DNA from: an uncultured virus (IMG/VR IMGVR_UViG_3300041405_000400) | Taxonomy: Duplodnaviria > Heunggongvirae > Uroviricota > Caudoviricetes | Length of the DNA: 20,000 nucleotides | Reading direction: 5' to 3' (one strand) | IMG/VR virus record: IMGVR_UViG_3300041405_000400 | Shown here: positions 7,790-15,988 of the stretch, piece after piece | Position numbering within the stretch: the first letter of the stretch is position 1 | How the letters are laid out: each line of letters starts with the position of its first letter | Notes under the pieces: generated by a model | What the model was told of the DNA's origin: nothing | Database searches by the model: none | The model's input: the letters and a program-made list of their open reading frames with translations, nothing else | Program-made: the position numbers and the translations under genes

Positions 7790-8572
7790 TTATTCGACCT
7801 CGCCGATCAGTTGTTCGAACGTGTAGAGGATGGCATCTTCGTTCCGGTACAGGCCGTGATCGATGTAACGGTTATTGGCTACACGAAATGGCCCACCGTC
7901 TTGCTGCGGGACAATTGAATGGCCACACACAAGGTACGGAATGCCGTCTGTAATGTAAGCATGCGATTCAGCATCCTTATTCAGCTCGGCGGCTTTGATT
8001 TTTGTGCGGCCCCATAGGCACTGGTGCAGCAGGTCGCTGTTTTGAGTGCTTAGAGATGATACAAAGTCCCATGGCAGTTCTTGCAGCATCACTGCCAACT
8101 CCGTCCAACTGGAGCCCATAGGCACCTCGCCATGAATGAGGCCGAGCAGTGGTGTCCCGTCATGATCCTGGTATTCGATGGCAATTGGAAGATACTTGAT
8201 CGTTTCGATGAAGTCTTCAAGCACTGCTCGTTTCTGATTCTCGATCCACTCTCCCCCATTGTTGTAGGAGATCCTGGAGTCTTTATCTTCACGGGAGTAA
8301 TCGTGCATCAACACCTGACGGGCTGCGTGGGAGGTTACGCAGTCGTGATTACCCTGAACCGCAAGAGCCCACCCCTCCTTAAGCAAGTCCGCGATACGAT
8401 GGCTCTCTGGGCCTCTATCGCATAAATCCCCTGCCAAAAACAGCCGGTCTTTGGATTTATCAAAACCAACACGTTCGAGTGCTTCTTCAATTTTAGTGAT
8501 ACACCCATGCGCATCACCTGACCAGTAATCAGTCCCTTTGGTGTTGCGTTTCACTTCCATGAATTTCGTCAT
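7790..8572 (-). CDS. PPP-family metallophosphoesterase (lambda NinI / PphA-like Ser/Thr phosphatase)
   Basis: Motifs GDAHG, GDLCDRGP, GNHD, IHG and CGHS. Also FDKSKDRLFLAGD and NGGEW, typical of the PphA/NinI subgroup. Confidence 0.9.
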   Translation of the reverse strand: MTKFMEVKRNTKGTDYWSGDAHGCITKIEEALERVGFDKSKDRLFLAGDLCDRGPESHRIADLLKEGWALAVQGNHDCVTSHAARQVLMHDYSREDKDSRISYNNGGEWIENQKRAVLEDFIETIKYLPIAIEYQDHDGTPLLGLIHGEVPMGSSWTELAVMLQELPWDFVSSLSTQNSDLLHQCLWGRTKIKAAELNKDAESHAYITDGIPYLVCGHSIVPQQDGGPFRVANNRYIDHGLYRNEDAILYTFEQLIGEVE

Positions 8573-8587
8573 TAATTTAAACCCTGA

Positions 8588-9130
8588 TTATTGCTCGCCG
8601 GTAAATTGTACGGCACCCCAGCAGAAGGTCAATGCCAAAGCAAAGGCGCAGGATTGTAGTAGCCATGCGCAGCCAGACACTAGCACTTGCTGGCGTCTCA
8701 ACCGGCGCATTTCATCCTTCGTGGCCTGAATGATCTTGCTGGAAAAGCGATTTCCCCGATTACAGAGGACACGGCACGAGTCCTCTACTTCGCAGCGTTG
8801 CACCTTGGCCATGACAGCGTACAAGCCTGAAAGGCCAACGACTCGATAGTAGGTTCGAGGGCCAACCTTGGCGGACAGCGTGTCTTTAATGCTCAGCAGG
8901 TTTCCACCAGCCATCCTTGTCATTGATGCCGCCACTTCTTGTGCTTGTGAGGCTGTCCGATACCACGAGGTTTCAATTGGTTCGTCGATGGTCAGCTTCT
9001 CGCCTTGGGTCAGTACAAATGGCCCGTCTGAAATCATGAAGTGCTTACCGACGATGCGAGCATCGTCAAATTCATCCAGCGGGGGCTGCTCTGCCTGGGT
9101 TACTGCTTGTACTGCGTTGAGGGTCATCAA
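8588..9130 (-). CDS. Hypothetical protein with C-terminal transmembrane segment
   Basis: About 180 aa. A basic run RRLRR is followed by the hydrophobic VLVSGCAWLLQSCAFALALTFCWGAV. Confidence 0.7.
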   Translation of the reverse strand: MMTLNAVQAVTQAEQPPLDEFDDARIVGKHFMISDGPFVLTQGEKLTIDEPIETSWYRTASQAQEVAASMTRMAGGNLLSIKDTLSAKVGPRTYYRVVGLSGLYAVMAKVQRCEVEDSCRVLCNRGNRFSSKIIQATKDEMRRLRRQQVLVSGCAWLLQSCAFALALTFCWGAVQFTGEQ

Positions 9131-9140
9131 AAAACCATGG

Positions 9141-9638
9141 TTAAATGTAATTGAATGTTTTTAGTGCGTAGACGGCGGAAGCGATTGGAACAAGCAGCAC
9201 GCACGCCTCGATCAAACGAAAGCCAAAGACCTGCGATTTTTGTACGTCAACAATTTGCTTCATGAGTGAAGGTGTCCACTCAAGCAAATTTCTTTTGTGC
9301 TCTTCCAGGTACTCGCTCGCTTCACGGGCTTGGGCCTCAGTCCCCGTGCGCTGTGTAGAGCAGATCGAGATGGTGGCGCTGGCGCGATAATAGTGCCAGA
9401 AAAAAAGCACTACTTTTGTGTTCAATGTATGATCGCTAAAGGCGTTGGCGCGATACCTTTTGCCTGTTTCGAATACATATTCCCAGGCACCGAAAAGGTT
9501 GCGGCGCCACGGAGACTGAAGCACGGTGCTGCATTCGATTCTCTGCCCCTCCGGCACCACCAGAGGGTCTTCATGCGTGACGAGACGTGCTTCGCTCTTT
9601 TTCCAAAATACAACTGTATCGGGCGCGCTTTGCGTCAT
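9141..9638 (-). CDS. Hypothetical protein with C-terminal transmembrane segment
   Basis: 165 aa with C-terminal hydrophobic LIEACVLLVPIASAVYAL. Tightly packed in an operon. Confidence 0.7.
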   Translation of the reverse strand: MTQSAPDTVVFWKKSEARLVTHEDPLVVPEGQRIECSTVLQSPWRRNLFGAWEYVFETGKRYRANAFSDHTLNTKVVLFFWHYYRASATISICSTQRTGTEAQAREASEYLEEHKRNLLEWTPSLMKQIVDVQKSQVFGFRLIEACVLLVPIASAVYALKTFNYI

Positions 9639-9665
9639 AGTGAAAAATCCAGGCTGGGCGGCTGA

Positions 9666-9872
9666 TTAAGGTTCGTACTTTTGGGTAAAGTCGTTGTTGT
9701 CCAGCGCCCATTGAGCGGCTTCGCGGGTTTGGTAGTATTCTTCCGATTCGCGAGAGCATGGCCCTGAATCATCAAAGGTGCCGATGTAAAAGCCAGCCCC
9801 GCTTTCGAGGACTTTGAGCGGTAGCCGCTGTTTCAGGAATTCGTAAGCCAGTTTGCCATGAGGAACGTGCAT
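9666..9872 (-). CDS. Small conserved plasmid/ICE-type hypothetical protein
   Basis: 68 aa with GAGG RBS. The motif PLKVLESGAGFYIGT...GPCSRESEEYY resembles small proteins I recall from Proteobacterial ICEs and plasmids. Confidence 0.8.
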   Translation of the reverse strand: MHVPHGKLAYEFLKQRLPLKVLESGAGFYIGTFDDSGPCSRESEEYYQTREAAQWALDNNDFTQKYEP

Positions 9873-9902
9873 GTCGTAAACACCTCAATAATTTATATAG
9901 AT

Positions 9903-9931
9903 ATTATACCAAGAAACGCCATCTATGTCAA
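9903..9931 (-). promoter_or_regulatory. Consensus sigma70 promoter
   Basis: Minus strand TTGACA (9931-9926), 17 nt, TATAAT (9908-9903): a perfect consensus. Confidence 0.85.
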
Positions 9932-9984
9932 TTGTGCTGACTTGAGTGGCGCTATTTAATGTGCCTTTGTGGCAAACTTGGCGA

Positions 9985-10548
9985 CTACAGCAGGCCTCGG
10001 AAGGTCAGGCTGATTCGTGGGCCGCACACAGCAGAGTGCTTTGGAATGCGGTGCAGATCCAGGTGCTGCATGCCAGCGGGCATTTCCAACAAGCTGCCGG
10101 AGGCCAGACTGATCTTCACCACTTCAGCCGCTTCACCTTCGGGCACACGAGGTGGCCTTGGCTTGAACCACAATTCGCGGACGGCGCCAAAGCTGTACAC
10201 CAGGATCGGGCGCGAGTGGTCGATGCTTGGGCTATCATCGGCGTGCCAGCCCAAGTGGTTATGCTGGTTTTCGTACCCATTGATGAACAGCGCTTCAAAC
10301 TTGCAGCCGTACTGCGCCTCAGCTTGAGCCTGAATGCCTTTGCAGATCTCATCCCACACCGGATTGGGGGTATACGTCCGTGCGTATGCGCCTTCACCAT
10401 AGGTATACGGCTCACCCTTGTCGCTGAAGAAGACTTCTTTGCGCGGTGCTTCGCGCTGTTCCCATGGTAGATTTTTCCACAGGTGATCGAAGATCTCGGC
10501 GGCATTGGCAATCGCGTTGGGGGTGTAGATCGGCATCGTGGGCTTCAT
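9985..10548 (-). CDS. alkB: AlkB-family 2-oxoglutarate/Fe(II) dioxygenase (ALKBH2/3-like)
   Basis: HxD motif (LGWHADD), distal His (HRIPK), RISLTFR, YTYG lid and LASGSLLEM. Start placed at MKPTM (10548) because a promoter lies inside the longer ORF-track extension. Confidence 0.9.
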   Translation of the reverse strand: MKPTMPIYTPNAIANAAEIFDHLWKNLPWEQREAPRKEVFFSDKGEPYTYGEGAYARTYTPNPVWDEICKGIQAQAEAQYGCKFEALFINGYENQHNHLGWHADDSPSIDHSRPILVYSFGAVRELWFKPRPPRVPEGEAAEVVKISLASGSLLEMPAGMQHLDLHRIPKHSAVCGPRISLTFRGLL

Positions 10549-10600
10549 GTGTTCATTCCGTTTCTCGTGAGATTCCGTTTGTTGGAGTATCTGAGCGAGG

Positions 10601-10629
10601 ATTATAGCAAGCCTGCGACATTCGGTCAA
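10601..10629 (-). promoter_or_regulatory. Sigma70-type promoter for the alkB-like gene
   Basis: Minus strand TTGACC (10629-10624), 17 nt, TATAAT (10606-10601). Confidence 0.7.
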
Positions 10630-10747
10630 TGTCATTTACACTTCAATATTTTGTATTGGTGTACTCGCTGCTGGTCGAAATCATCAGTTCAGAATTGTGC
10701 CTTGACTGTCGCGCCAGCGCACCCAGCAGCACCGCTTGATACGTAGA

Positions 10748-10921
10748 TCATAGCGAGATCACACGATTAAGTAGCTCTTCAGTGACTTGGCTGTCTCGGT
10801 TCAATTTTCTCTCTCGTTTATCGACTTCCAACATACGTCGATCACGCTCTTCTTGACGTGCTGCACGCTCTTCAGGCGTAAGCTTCGCCCGAGCCTGCTC
10901 GATAAGATCTTCCAGTGTCAT
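10748..10921 (-). CDS. Small helical hypothetical protein (57 aa), paralog of 11002-11217
   Basis: Not in the ORF track. GGGGAG RBS. Sequence MTLEDLIEQARAKLTPEERAARQEERDRRMLEVDKRERKLNRDSQVTEELLNRVISL. Confidence 0.8.
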   Translation of the reverse strand: MTLEDLIEQARAKLTPEERAARQEERDRRMLEVDKRERKLNRDSQVTEELLNRVISL

Positions 10922-11001
10922 GCTTCTCTCCCCCAGGCATTGGTTATTGTGTACCGATAATACAAAACGCCCACCATGAAGCTCGGCGCGTTAAAACTAC
11001 A

Positions 11002-11217
11002 TCAAATGGTGCAGACTTTTCTCAGCAGCTCTGCCGTAGGCTGTTTAGCGGCAATCCGTTTCTCGCATTCGATGCTCCATTGGCGAATGCGTGCATAACT
11101 TTCTTCACGGTTTTTTTCATTACGCAGAGTGATTTCGGCTGTTTCTTCCGGAGAAAGTTCACCGGCTTCGTACTTCTGCATTTTAATGGACAGATCGATC
11201 AGTGCTTTAAGGGACAT
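11002..11217 (-). CDS. Small helical hypothetical protein (71 aa)
   Basis: AGGTG RBS. Shares MxLxxLI, L(S/T)PEE and TxELLx(K/R)V motifs with 10748-10921. Confidence 0.8.
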   Translation of the reverse strand: MSLKALIDLSIKMQKYEAGELSPEETAEITLRNEKNREESYARIRQWSIECEKRIAAKQPTAELLRKVCTI

Positions 11218-11306
11218 GCTTCACCTATTAGTAGATGATCATTATACCGCTGATTGAGTGCTATTTGACAACAATAGACCTGTTCCTGCTGTTGCAAGGA
11301 AAAGTC

Positions 11307-11330
11307 TATGGCGCCACGCAGGGCGCCATA
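11307..11330 (-). terminator. Terminator-like hairpin
   Basis: TATGGCGCC-ACGCAG-GGCGCCATA, a 9-bp stem 8 nt after the stop of 11339-11944, followed by a short U run on the minus strand. Confidence 0.55.
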
Positions 11331-11338
11331 TCGAGGGA

Positions 11339-11944
11339 TCAATGCTGGGCTTTTAGATGGCCAGCCTTAACGATCTGGGTTTGCGCACCCTGTATGGCTG
11401 CGTTAAGCTTTGCAGCTTGTTCCAGCTCGATTGCGGATTGCGCTTTGAATGCCTCCACGACAAGCTTACATCCCTCTTCCATGTCCTCTTCGAGGCATTG
11501 AAGCATGTATTCTGACGGCAGATAATTGCCAATCAGGACTGGCTTTAGCAATGCGTCGAATTTTACCCGCACACCTGTGGTTTTTTCGTAGTGATCGGCT
11601 GCCTTTTTTGCCTTCATTGGGGAGACTTTAACTTGAATGTACGTCGCATTGCTCTCCTGATCCTGTTGTAGGCCAACGCGAATATGCAGCAAGGTGTAGT
11701 CAAAACCTTTGGTCTTAAGATAGCCGGTCTCAACAACCACGCGGGCGAGATGTAGCTGTTCGGGAGTCGCCACAAGGCGCTTCGAATCAACCATTCCGTT
11801 TCTCCAGCCGTGATAATAGCTGCGGCTACGGTCGCTCCCAGGTTCGGCCTCCCCTTTGTATCCGGCCTGATACCCTTCCAGCATTTCAGTCTCATCGAGA
11901 CTGGAAAGGTCTTCAATGGTTGCTGCGGATTGAAATTCGCTCAT
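11339..11944 (-). CDS. Hypothetical protein with N-terminal ribosome-modulation-factor (RMF)-like motif
   Basis: EGYQAGYKG...RSYYHGWRNG matches the RMF-like pattern GYxAG...W/YxxGW, followed by an unrelated domain of about 130 aa. Confidence 0.6.
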   Translation of the reverse strand: MSEFQSAATIEDLSSLDETEMLEGYQAGYKGEAEPGSDRSRSYYHGWRNGMVDSKRLVATPEQLHLARVVVETGYLKTKGFDYTLLHIRVGLQQDQESNATYIQVKVSPMKAKKAADHYEKTTGVRVKFDALLKPVLIGNYLPSEYMLQCLEEDMEEGCKLVVEAFKAQSAIELEQAAKLNAAIQGAQTQIVKAGHLKAQH

Positions 11945-11997
11945 GTGTTGTCTCTCGTTGCGTTATCCGGCCAGTATCAGCCATTGGTCTTGGTTGA

Positions 11998-12348
11998 TCA
12001 AGCCGGGTTGGTTTGAAGAAATTGTTTCTTCTTGCGGTCGTATCCTACTTTTTCATAAAACTCGAAGATGGTGCCACTCTCCTCGTGCGGGTACTCGGCA
12101 TAGCGATTTTCAAAACCCTGAAGCTCATCGCGCTCATATTCTTTCTGGAAGATCACTTCATAGCGAAAAGGGGCGGCATGAGCTGCCTTACTTGAGCGGG
12201 CCAATTCGTTGGACCAAAAGGCGTGAGTACTCATCATGTGCTGATAGCCGCCCTTCTCACTCCGACCAGGGTTGACAATGTGATGGATTTTTACCGGAGT
12301 TTTGTCACGCCACTCCAAAATCCAGTATTGCTCCAGCGCTGAATTCAC
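11998..12348 (-). CDS. Hypothetical protein
   Basis: 116 aa. The GTG start overlaps the upstream stop (GTGA coupling). Confidence 0.7.
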   Translation of the reverse strand: MNSALEQYWILEWRDKTPVKIHHIVNPGRSEKGGYQHMMSTHAFWSNELARSSKAAHAAPFRYEVIFQKEYERDELQGFENRYAEYPHEESGTIFEFYEKVGYDRKKKQFLQTNPA

Positions 12349-12701
12349 GCAGTTGCTTCCTCTGTCATGGATGGGGCTTCATTGCCGATGGCAATGGCAA
12401 CCGAGGTTTTTTCGCCGTCACGTTCGGCTCGATACGCTTTAAGCTTCACTGCCAAAGGCTCTTTGCGCTCCAGGCAAAAGGTGATGAATCGATCACGAGG
12501 CACCGCCAATCGTACAGGCAGCGGTAGCGCCTCATATGCCCCTTCAAAAAGGGAAATAAGGCCAGCATCGTCTGCGGGGCCGTTCTCGACCATCGCGAGC
12601 ATTTTGGGAAACACCACATTTTCAACCGATGCCCAGTGTTTCTCTAGAAATTCTGCTGGATTGGCAACGTTTGATAGTTTGTCTGCGATCTTTGAAAACA
12701 T
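12345..12701 (-). CDS. Hypothetical protein
   Basis: 118 aa with a strong AGGGGG RBS. Confidence 0.8.
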   Translation of the reverse strand: MFSKIADKLSNVANPAEFLEKHWASVENVVFPKMLAMVENGPADDAGLISLFEGAYEALPLPVRLAVPRDRFITFCLERKEPLAVKLKAYRAERDGEKTSVAIAIGNEAPSMTEEATA

Positions 12702-12727
12702 GATCTTCCCCCTATTATTAATTGCTT

Positions 12728-12755
12728 ATTATATTATTCTTTTAGTATTTTGCAA
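12728..12755 (-). promoter_or_regulatory. Probable sigma70 promoter (leftward member of a divergent pair)
   Basis: Minus strand TTGCAA (12755-12750), 16 nt, TATAAT (12733-12728). Confidence 0.5.
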
Positions 12756-12806
12756 CCATTTGAGTCGAATGTGATCCTGCTTTTTCCATCAAATTTGTTT
12801 GTGTTA

Positions 12807-12835
12807 TTGACACCCTGTTCAGGCTTCGATATACT
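12807..12835 (+). promoter_or_regulatory. Sigma70-type promoter (rightward member of a divergent pair)
   Basis: TTGACA (12807-12812), 17 nt, TATACT (12830-12835). Confidence 0.75.
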
Positions 12836-12862
12836 CGCTGAAACTCTCAAGGCCCTCTCATT

Positions 12863-13720
12863 ATGTCCGTATTTATCGCCAAAGACCTCGGCCTTCAAGT
12901 CGTCAGCAATCTCGATTTCATGGCCCGTCCTGGTATCTACTGGAGATGGTGTAGTGCCATTTTTTCTGGCCATAGCTTCGGCACAGCATTTGGGCCAAAA
13001 CACTGTTTTTTCCAAGCCGGTTTCCATGATTTCGCTCACTGCATTGACTTCATTATGCGTGGAAAGCAGGATCGTGTGACTAGCAATGGCTTGAACTTTC
13101 ACACACCGTGGCAGTTCGTGAATCCTGTGTTTGGTCATATGGACGGCGAGCCTAAAACCTCGCAAATCACACGTTGTGAAGCGCGTGTGTTTGCGCTTCA
13201 GGCCTACTTCATGAACAGGGAGATGGGGTTCATCATCGACTCATTGGATTACGATGATGAGAGAACCCTGCGTGAAGCGGGTAAGCTGTCTCATCTGCGT
13301 GAGAAATCGCAGGAAGAGTCTGTGGAATGGAACCGCTCCTACTCGCTAATCCAGGCGGTTTCCATTGAGGAGTACGCTCGGGACAAGGGTGAGCTGGAGT
13401 TTATCAAGTGGAAGGATTCAGAGGTGTTCCTGAGTGAATACGGTTTTGGTTATAGCTCTGGTCTGAGCTATAAGGAACGCTCGGGCCGCTGGAGGGAGTG
13501 CTTCGTCAATTTGATTATCGAAGAGTACAACCGTTTCCAAAACCCGTTTGTAGAAAAGCGTATCAGCCGCGCTGTTACAGCTCTGGGGGAGCGCCTGCGG
13601 CGTTTTCATAAGACCCATGGTTTCGTGCCAACCGATGATCATTTCGGTATTCGCCACGCAGGTATCGATACGCAGAAACCTGCATCAACCACCATTATTT
13701 TGGAGGCTTACAATGCCTGA
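12863..13720 (+). CDS. Hypothetical protein, possible zincin-like (HDxxH) metalloprotein
   Basis: 285 aa directly downstream of a promoter. Has FHDFAH and a downstream CEARVFALQ. Confidence 0.7.
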   Translation: MSVFIAKDLGLQVVSNLDFMARPGIYWRWCSAIFSGHSFGTAFGPKHCFFQAGFHDFAHCIDFIMRGKQDRVTSNGLNFHTPWQFVNPVFGHMDGEPKTSQITRCEARVFALQAYFMNREMGFIIDSLDYDDERTLREAGKLSHLREKSQEESVEWNRSYSLIQAVSIEEYARDKGELEFIKWKDSEVFLSEYGFGYSSGLSYKERSGRWRECFVNLIIEEYNRFQNPFVEKRISRAVTALGERLRRFHKTHGFVPTDDHFGIRHAGIDTQKPASTTIILEAYNA

Positions 13721-13952
13721 TGGAAATATTCGCGTCTGCGTCCTTCTTCATCCAGAGGCATCAATAGAAGCTGGCGATGTTGTTCGGGGCATTGCTCCAC
13801 AATACTACTTGGACGACATGCATAAGGCCGCTGCGGCTTGGGCCTGCAAGGAACCAATCGCAAGTGTGTACGCCGCCCAGGCTGTCTTTGAAAAACTGCA
13901 ACGGGATGGTTTCCAGCTTCGATGGCACACGCTGGGGCCTGACTGCAATTGA
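13713..13952 (+). CDS. Hypothetical protein (79 aa)
   Basis: ATG at 13713 with GGAGG RBS (13702-13706), overlapping the upstream stop. Reads MPDGNIRVCVLLHPE... Confidence 0.7.
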   Translation: MPDGNIRVCVLLHPEASIEAGDVVRGIAPQYYLDDMHKAAAAWACKEPIASVYAAQAVFEKLQRDGFQLRWHTLGPDCN

Positions 13953-13970
13953 TATATTTTGTCAGCATGA

Positions 13971-13999
13971 TTGACATTGCATTCACTTGTCGCTATACT
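13971..13999 (+). promoter_or_regulatory. Sigma70-type promoter
   Basis: TTGACA (13971-13976), 17 nt, TATACT (13994-13999). Confidence 0.8.
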
Positions 14000-14033
14000 G
14001 TTCCTATCAAATACAGGAACAGGAGTGACGCGC

Positions 14034-14684
14034 ATGTCTATCATTCGCTTTGATTTTGATCGCACGGGTAGCGCAGAGCGTTCGCATGGATATGGTGCTT
14101 GGCCAGAGGGCGCATACTGCCCTGTAGGTAGCTCCAATCTTGTCAGCGAACGTGAGCAGCGCTGCGGCGCCCTGGTACTCTGGGATGAACACGTCGGCCT
14201 GTGCCTGTCTGACTATGAGCGTAATGGCTACGATGACTCTGATTTCTTCATGGAGATCTGGAATCCTGAAGCTCAGGCCGTTGAGGCCATTTTGTTTGCA
14301 ACCACTCGTGGATGGACGTACCCAAGCTATGGAAGTCGTCCAGACGCCACGCCTGAGGTGCGGGAACTGGCTGCCCAATGGCGGGAGCAACAGCGTCAGC
14401 TGGCTCTAAAACAAGAGCGTAAGGCGCGTGCGGAATTGGTTCGTAAGAAGCGTGCGCTGCTGTGGGAGCTGGCCAAGCGTCACGGTTTTTCGTTCTCGCG
14501 TATTCGCAAGCTGACGCGCACTGAGCCGGAGCCCCGTGCAGACGCTGTGGTGGCGCTGCTCAAAAGCCAGAAGTTGCGCTCCCCCTTCCGCATCAACATG
14601 CAAGATCAGTTGGTAAAATGGCTGAAGGACAGCGCGCCGAAGTATCCATCACCATTCAGCTTCAAGCAGTGGGAATACGTGTAG
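14034..14684 (+). CDS. Hypothetical protein (216 aa), phage-like
   Basis: ATG at 14034 with AGGAG RBS (the ORF-track TTG start falls in the -35 box). Contains ERNGYDDSDF...ATTRGW...DATPEV followed by a basic helical domain. Confidence 0.8.
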   Translation: MSIIRFDFDRTGSAERSHGYGAWPEGAYCPVGSSNLVSEREQRCGALVLWDEHVGLCLSDYERNGYDDSDFFMEIWNPEAQAVEAILFATTRGWTYPSYGSRPDATPEVRELAAQWREQQRQLALKQERKARAELVRKKRALLWELAKRHGFSFSRIRKLTRTEPEPRADAVVALLKSQKLRSPFRINMQDQLVKWLKDSAPKYPSPFSFKQWEYV

Positions 14685-14701
14685 TATCTCTGCTGACGAA
14701 G

Positions 14702-14725
14702 AGCCCTCCCTAGGAGGGCTTTTTT
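14702..14725 (+). terminator. Intrinsic terminator
   Basis: AGCCCTCC-CTA-GGAGGGCT followed by TTTTT. Confidence 0.85.
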
Positions 14726-14816
14726 GTGTCTGTGATATTTGCGGTGAGTATCATGCCTCATGATTCATTAATATCGTGTAAACTATCGGTCTCAAAACAA
14801 TAATTCTGGAACTTTC

Positions 14817-15182
14817 ATGATCATAAATACGCATTTGCGGGAGTTGTTTCAAGCAAGAGTTCTCAAGAACAGCAAAGATCCAGGCGCCAACGAGATGTGG
14901 GTTTGGCGAAGTCTAAAGCTGTTCGATATCGCAGTTGAGGTGGCCGAAGCAACTTTGAAAGAGGGGGAATTGCTATCAGAGTCTCATATCGTCAATAGTG
15001 CAAAGCTGGAGGCGTTGGTGTCGTTTGCTAATCGGCAAGGTGGCCAGGATGGACAGTTGTTTCGGTATTTAAGCGATCTTCCAGGATTTGAGTGGGATAA
15101 GCCATTGGGTGCAGAGACGGAGCGCCAGCATATTTATCTCCTTACACTCGTACAAAATTTTCTAATGATCGAAAATTCTTAA
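14817..15182 (+). CDS. Stand-alone DotL/IcmO/TrbC-like all-alpha domain protein (one copy)
   Basis: MWVWRSL...YLSDLPGF...ERQHIYLL resembles the MWxxRA...YLxxLPG...EQHG(F/Y) segment of type IVB coupling proteins. Confidence 0.6.
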   Translation: MIINTHLRELFQARVLKNSKDPGANEMWVWRSLKLFDIAVEVAEATLKEGELLSESHIVNSAKLEALVSFANRQGGQDGQLFRYLSDLPGFEWDKPLGAETERQHIYLLTLVQNFLMIENS

Positions 15183-15195
15183 TCGGAGTTATATC

Positions 15196-15939
15196 ATGCA
15201 GGCTAACGAGAATTTTAAGAGCCGCTGTAGGGAGCTGCTGCACCTCAGCATCGAGGATAAAGAGAGCGAATCTCAATGTATGTGGATGTACAGAACGCTT
15301 CAGGTATTTGAGGCTGCGGTCGAGATAGCGGAATCACGCTTGAAGGATGGTGAATTGTTGTCTGAGCAACTCATTATTGAAAATGCATCCCTATCATCAT
15401 TTGAAGCATATGTGAGCGGTGTTGGAGGCAAAAACAATAAGGTGTTAGATTATTTAAATGGTTTGCCGCTCTATTACCTTGAGGGATTTAACGCGTCGGC
15501 GGCTATGCATCATAAATTCGCGATGATGGCGCTGGAAGATTTTTTGCTCCCCGGTAATGATGCTCGTAAAAAAGTCTGTGAGGCTAATGCCAAATTTGCT
15601 GAGTGGTGCAAAGAGACGATCACGAACACTTTACTAAAAGACGATGTAGGCCAGATGTGGGGGCCGCGAGCCATAATGCTGATTGATGCCTCAATGGAAA
15701 TTCTAGGCGAGCCTCAAAGAAAAGATTGCGTTATTACCATGACTGACATAATTGCATGTCTGCAAATACCTGTTATGGCTATTTATGCTCTCATTCATCC
15801 TGATTCAATAGCATGTCGATACCTTGATGGTTTGCCTGGATTTGAGCATGGTGTAGAGCCAGGATATGAGACGATTCGTGAACATCAGTATACGTTGGTA
15901 GGCTTAAAGTGTTTGCTTGGAGCGAGCGCATCGGCATAA
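15196..15939 (+). CDS. Protein with two tandem DotL/IcmO/TrbC-like all-alpha domains; paralog of the upstream gene
   Basis: Repeat 1: MWMYRTL...AVEIAESRLKDGELLSE...YLNGLP...HHKF. Repeat 2: MWGPRAI...YLDGLPGF...REHQYTL. GGAG RBS. Confidence 0.6.
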   Translation: MQANENFKSRCRELLHLSIEDKESESQCMWMYRTLQVFEAAVEIAESRLKDGELLSEQLIIENASLSSFEAYVSGVGGKNNKVLDYLNGLPLYYLEGFNASAAMHHKFAMMALEDFLLPGNDARKKVCEANAKFAEWCKETITNTLLKDDVGQMWGPRAIMLIDASMEILGEPQRKDCVITMTDIIACLQIPVMAIYALIHPDSIACRYLDGLPGFEHGVEPGYETIREHQYTLVGLKCLLGASASA

Positions 15940-15946
15940 CGAAACG

Positions 15947-15972
15947 AAAATGCCCGCAAGAGTTGCGGGCTT
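15947..15972. terminator. Terminator between convergent genes
   Basis: GCCCGCAA-GAG-TTGCGGGC stem with an A run on the left and TT on the right. Confidence 0.7.
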
Positions 15973-15988
15973 ATCATGGGGTAATTAA

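Noticed and set aside
9525..9560. tRNA-3'-end-like text (TTCGATTC...GGCACCA)
   Set aside because: No T-stem, acceptor stem or cloverleaf can be formed, and it lies antisense within a coding ORF. It is neither a tRNA nor a convincing att site.
10549..10635. N-terminal extension of the AlkB ORF, and similar extensions at 13971-14033 and 18404-18511
   Set aside because: The extensions overlap promoters or an upstream gene. Downstream ATGs fit the domain boundaries better, and those at 14034 and 18403 have clear RBSs.
12734..13165. Minus-strand 143-aa ORF and plus-strand ORF 12750-13079
   Set aside because: They overlap the promoter-supported 285-aa gene and the divergent promoter region, so they are treated as shadow ORFs.
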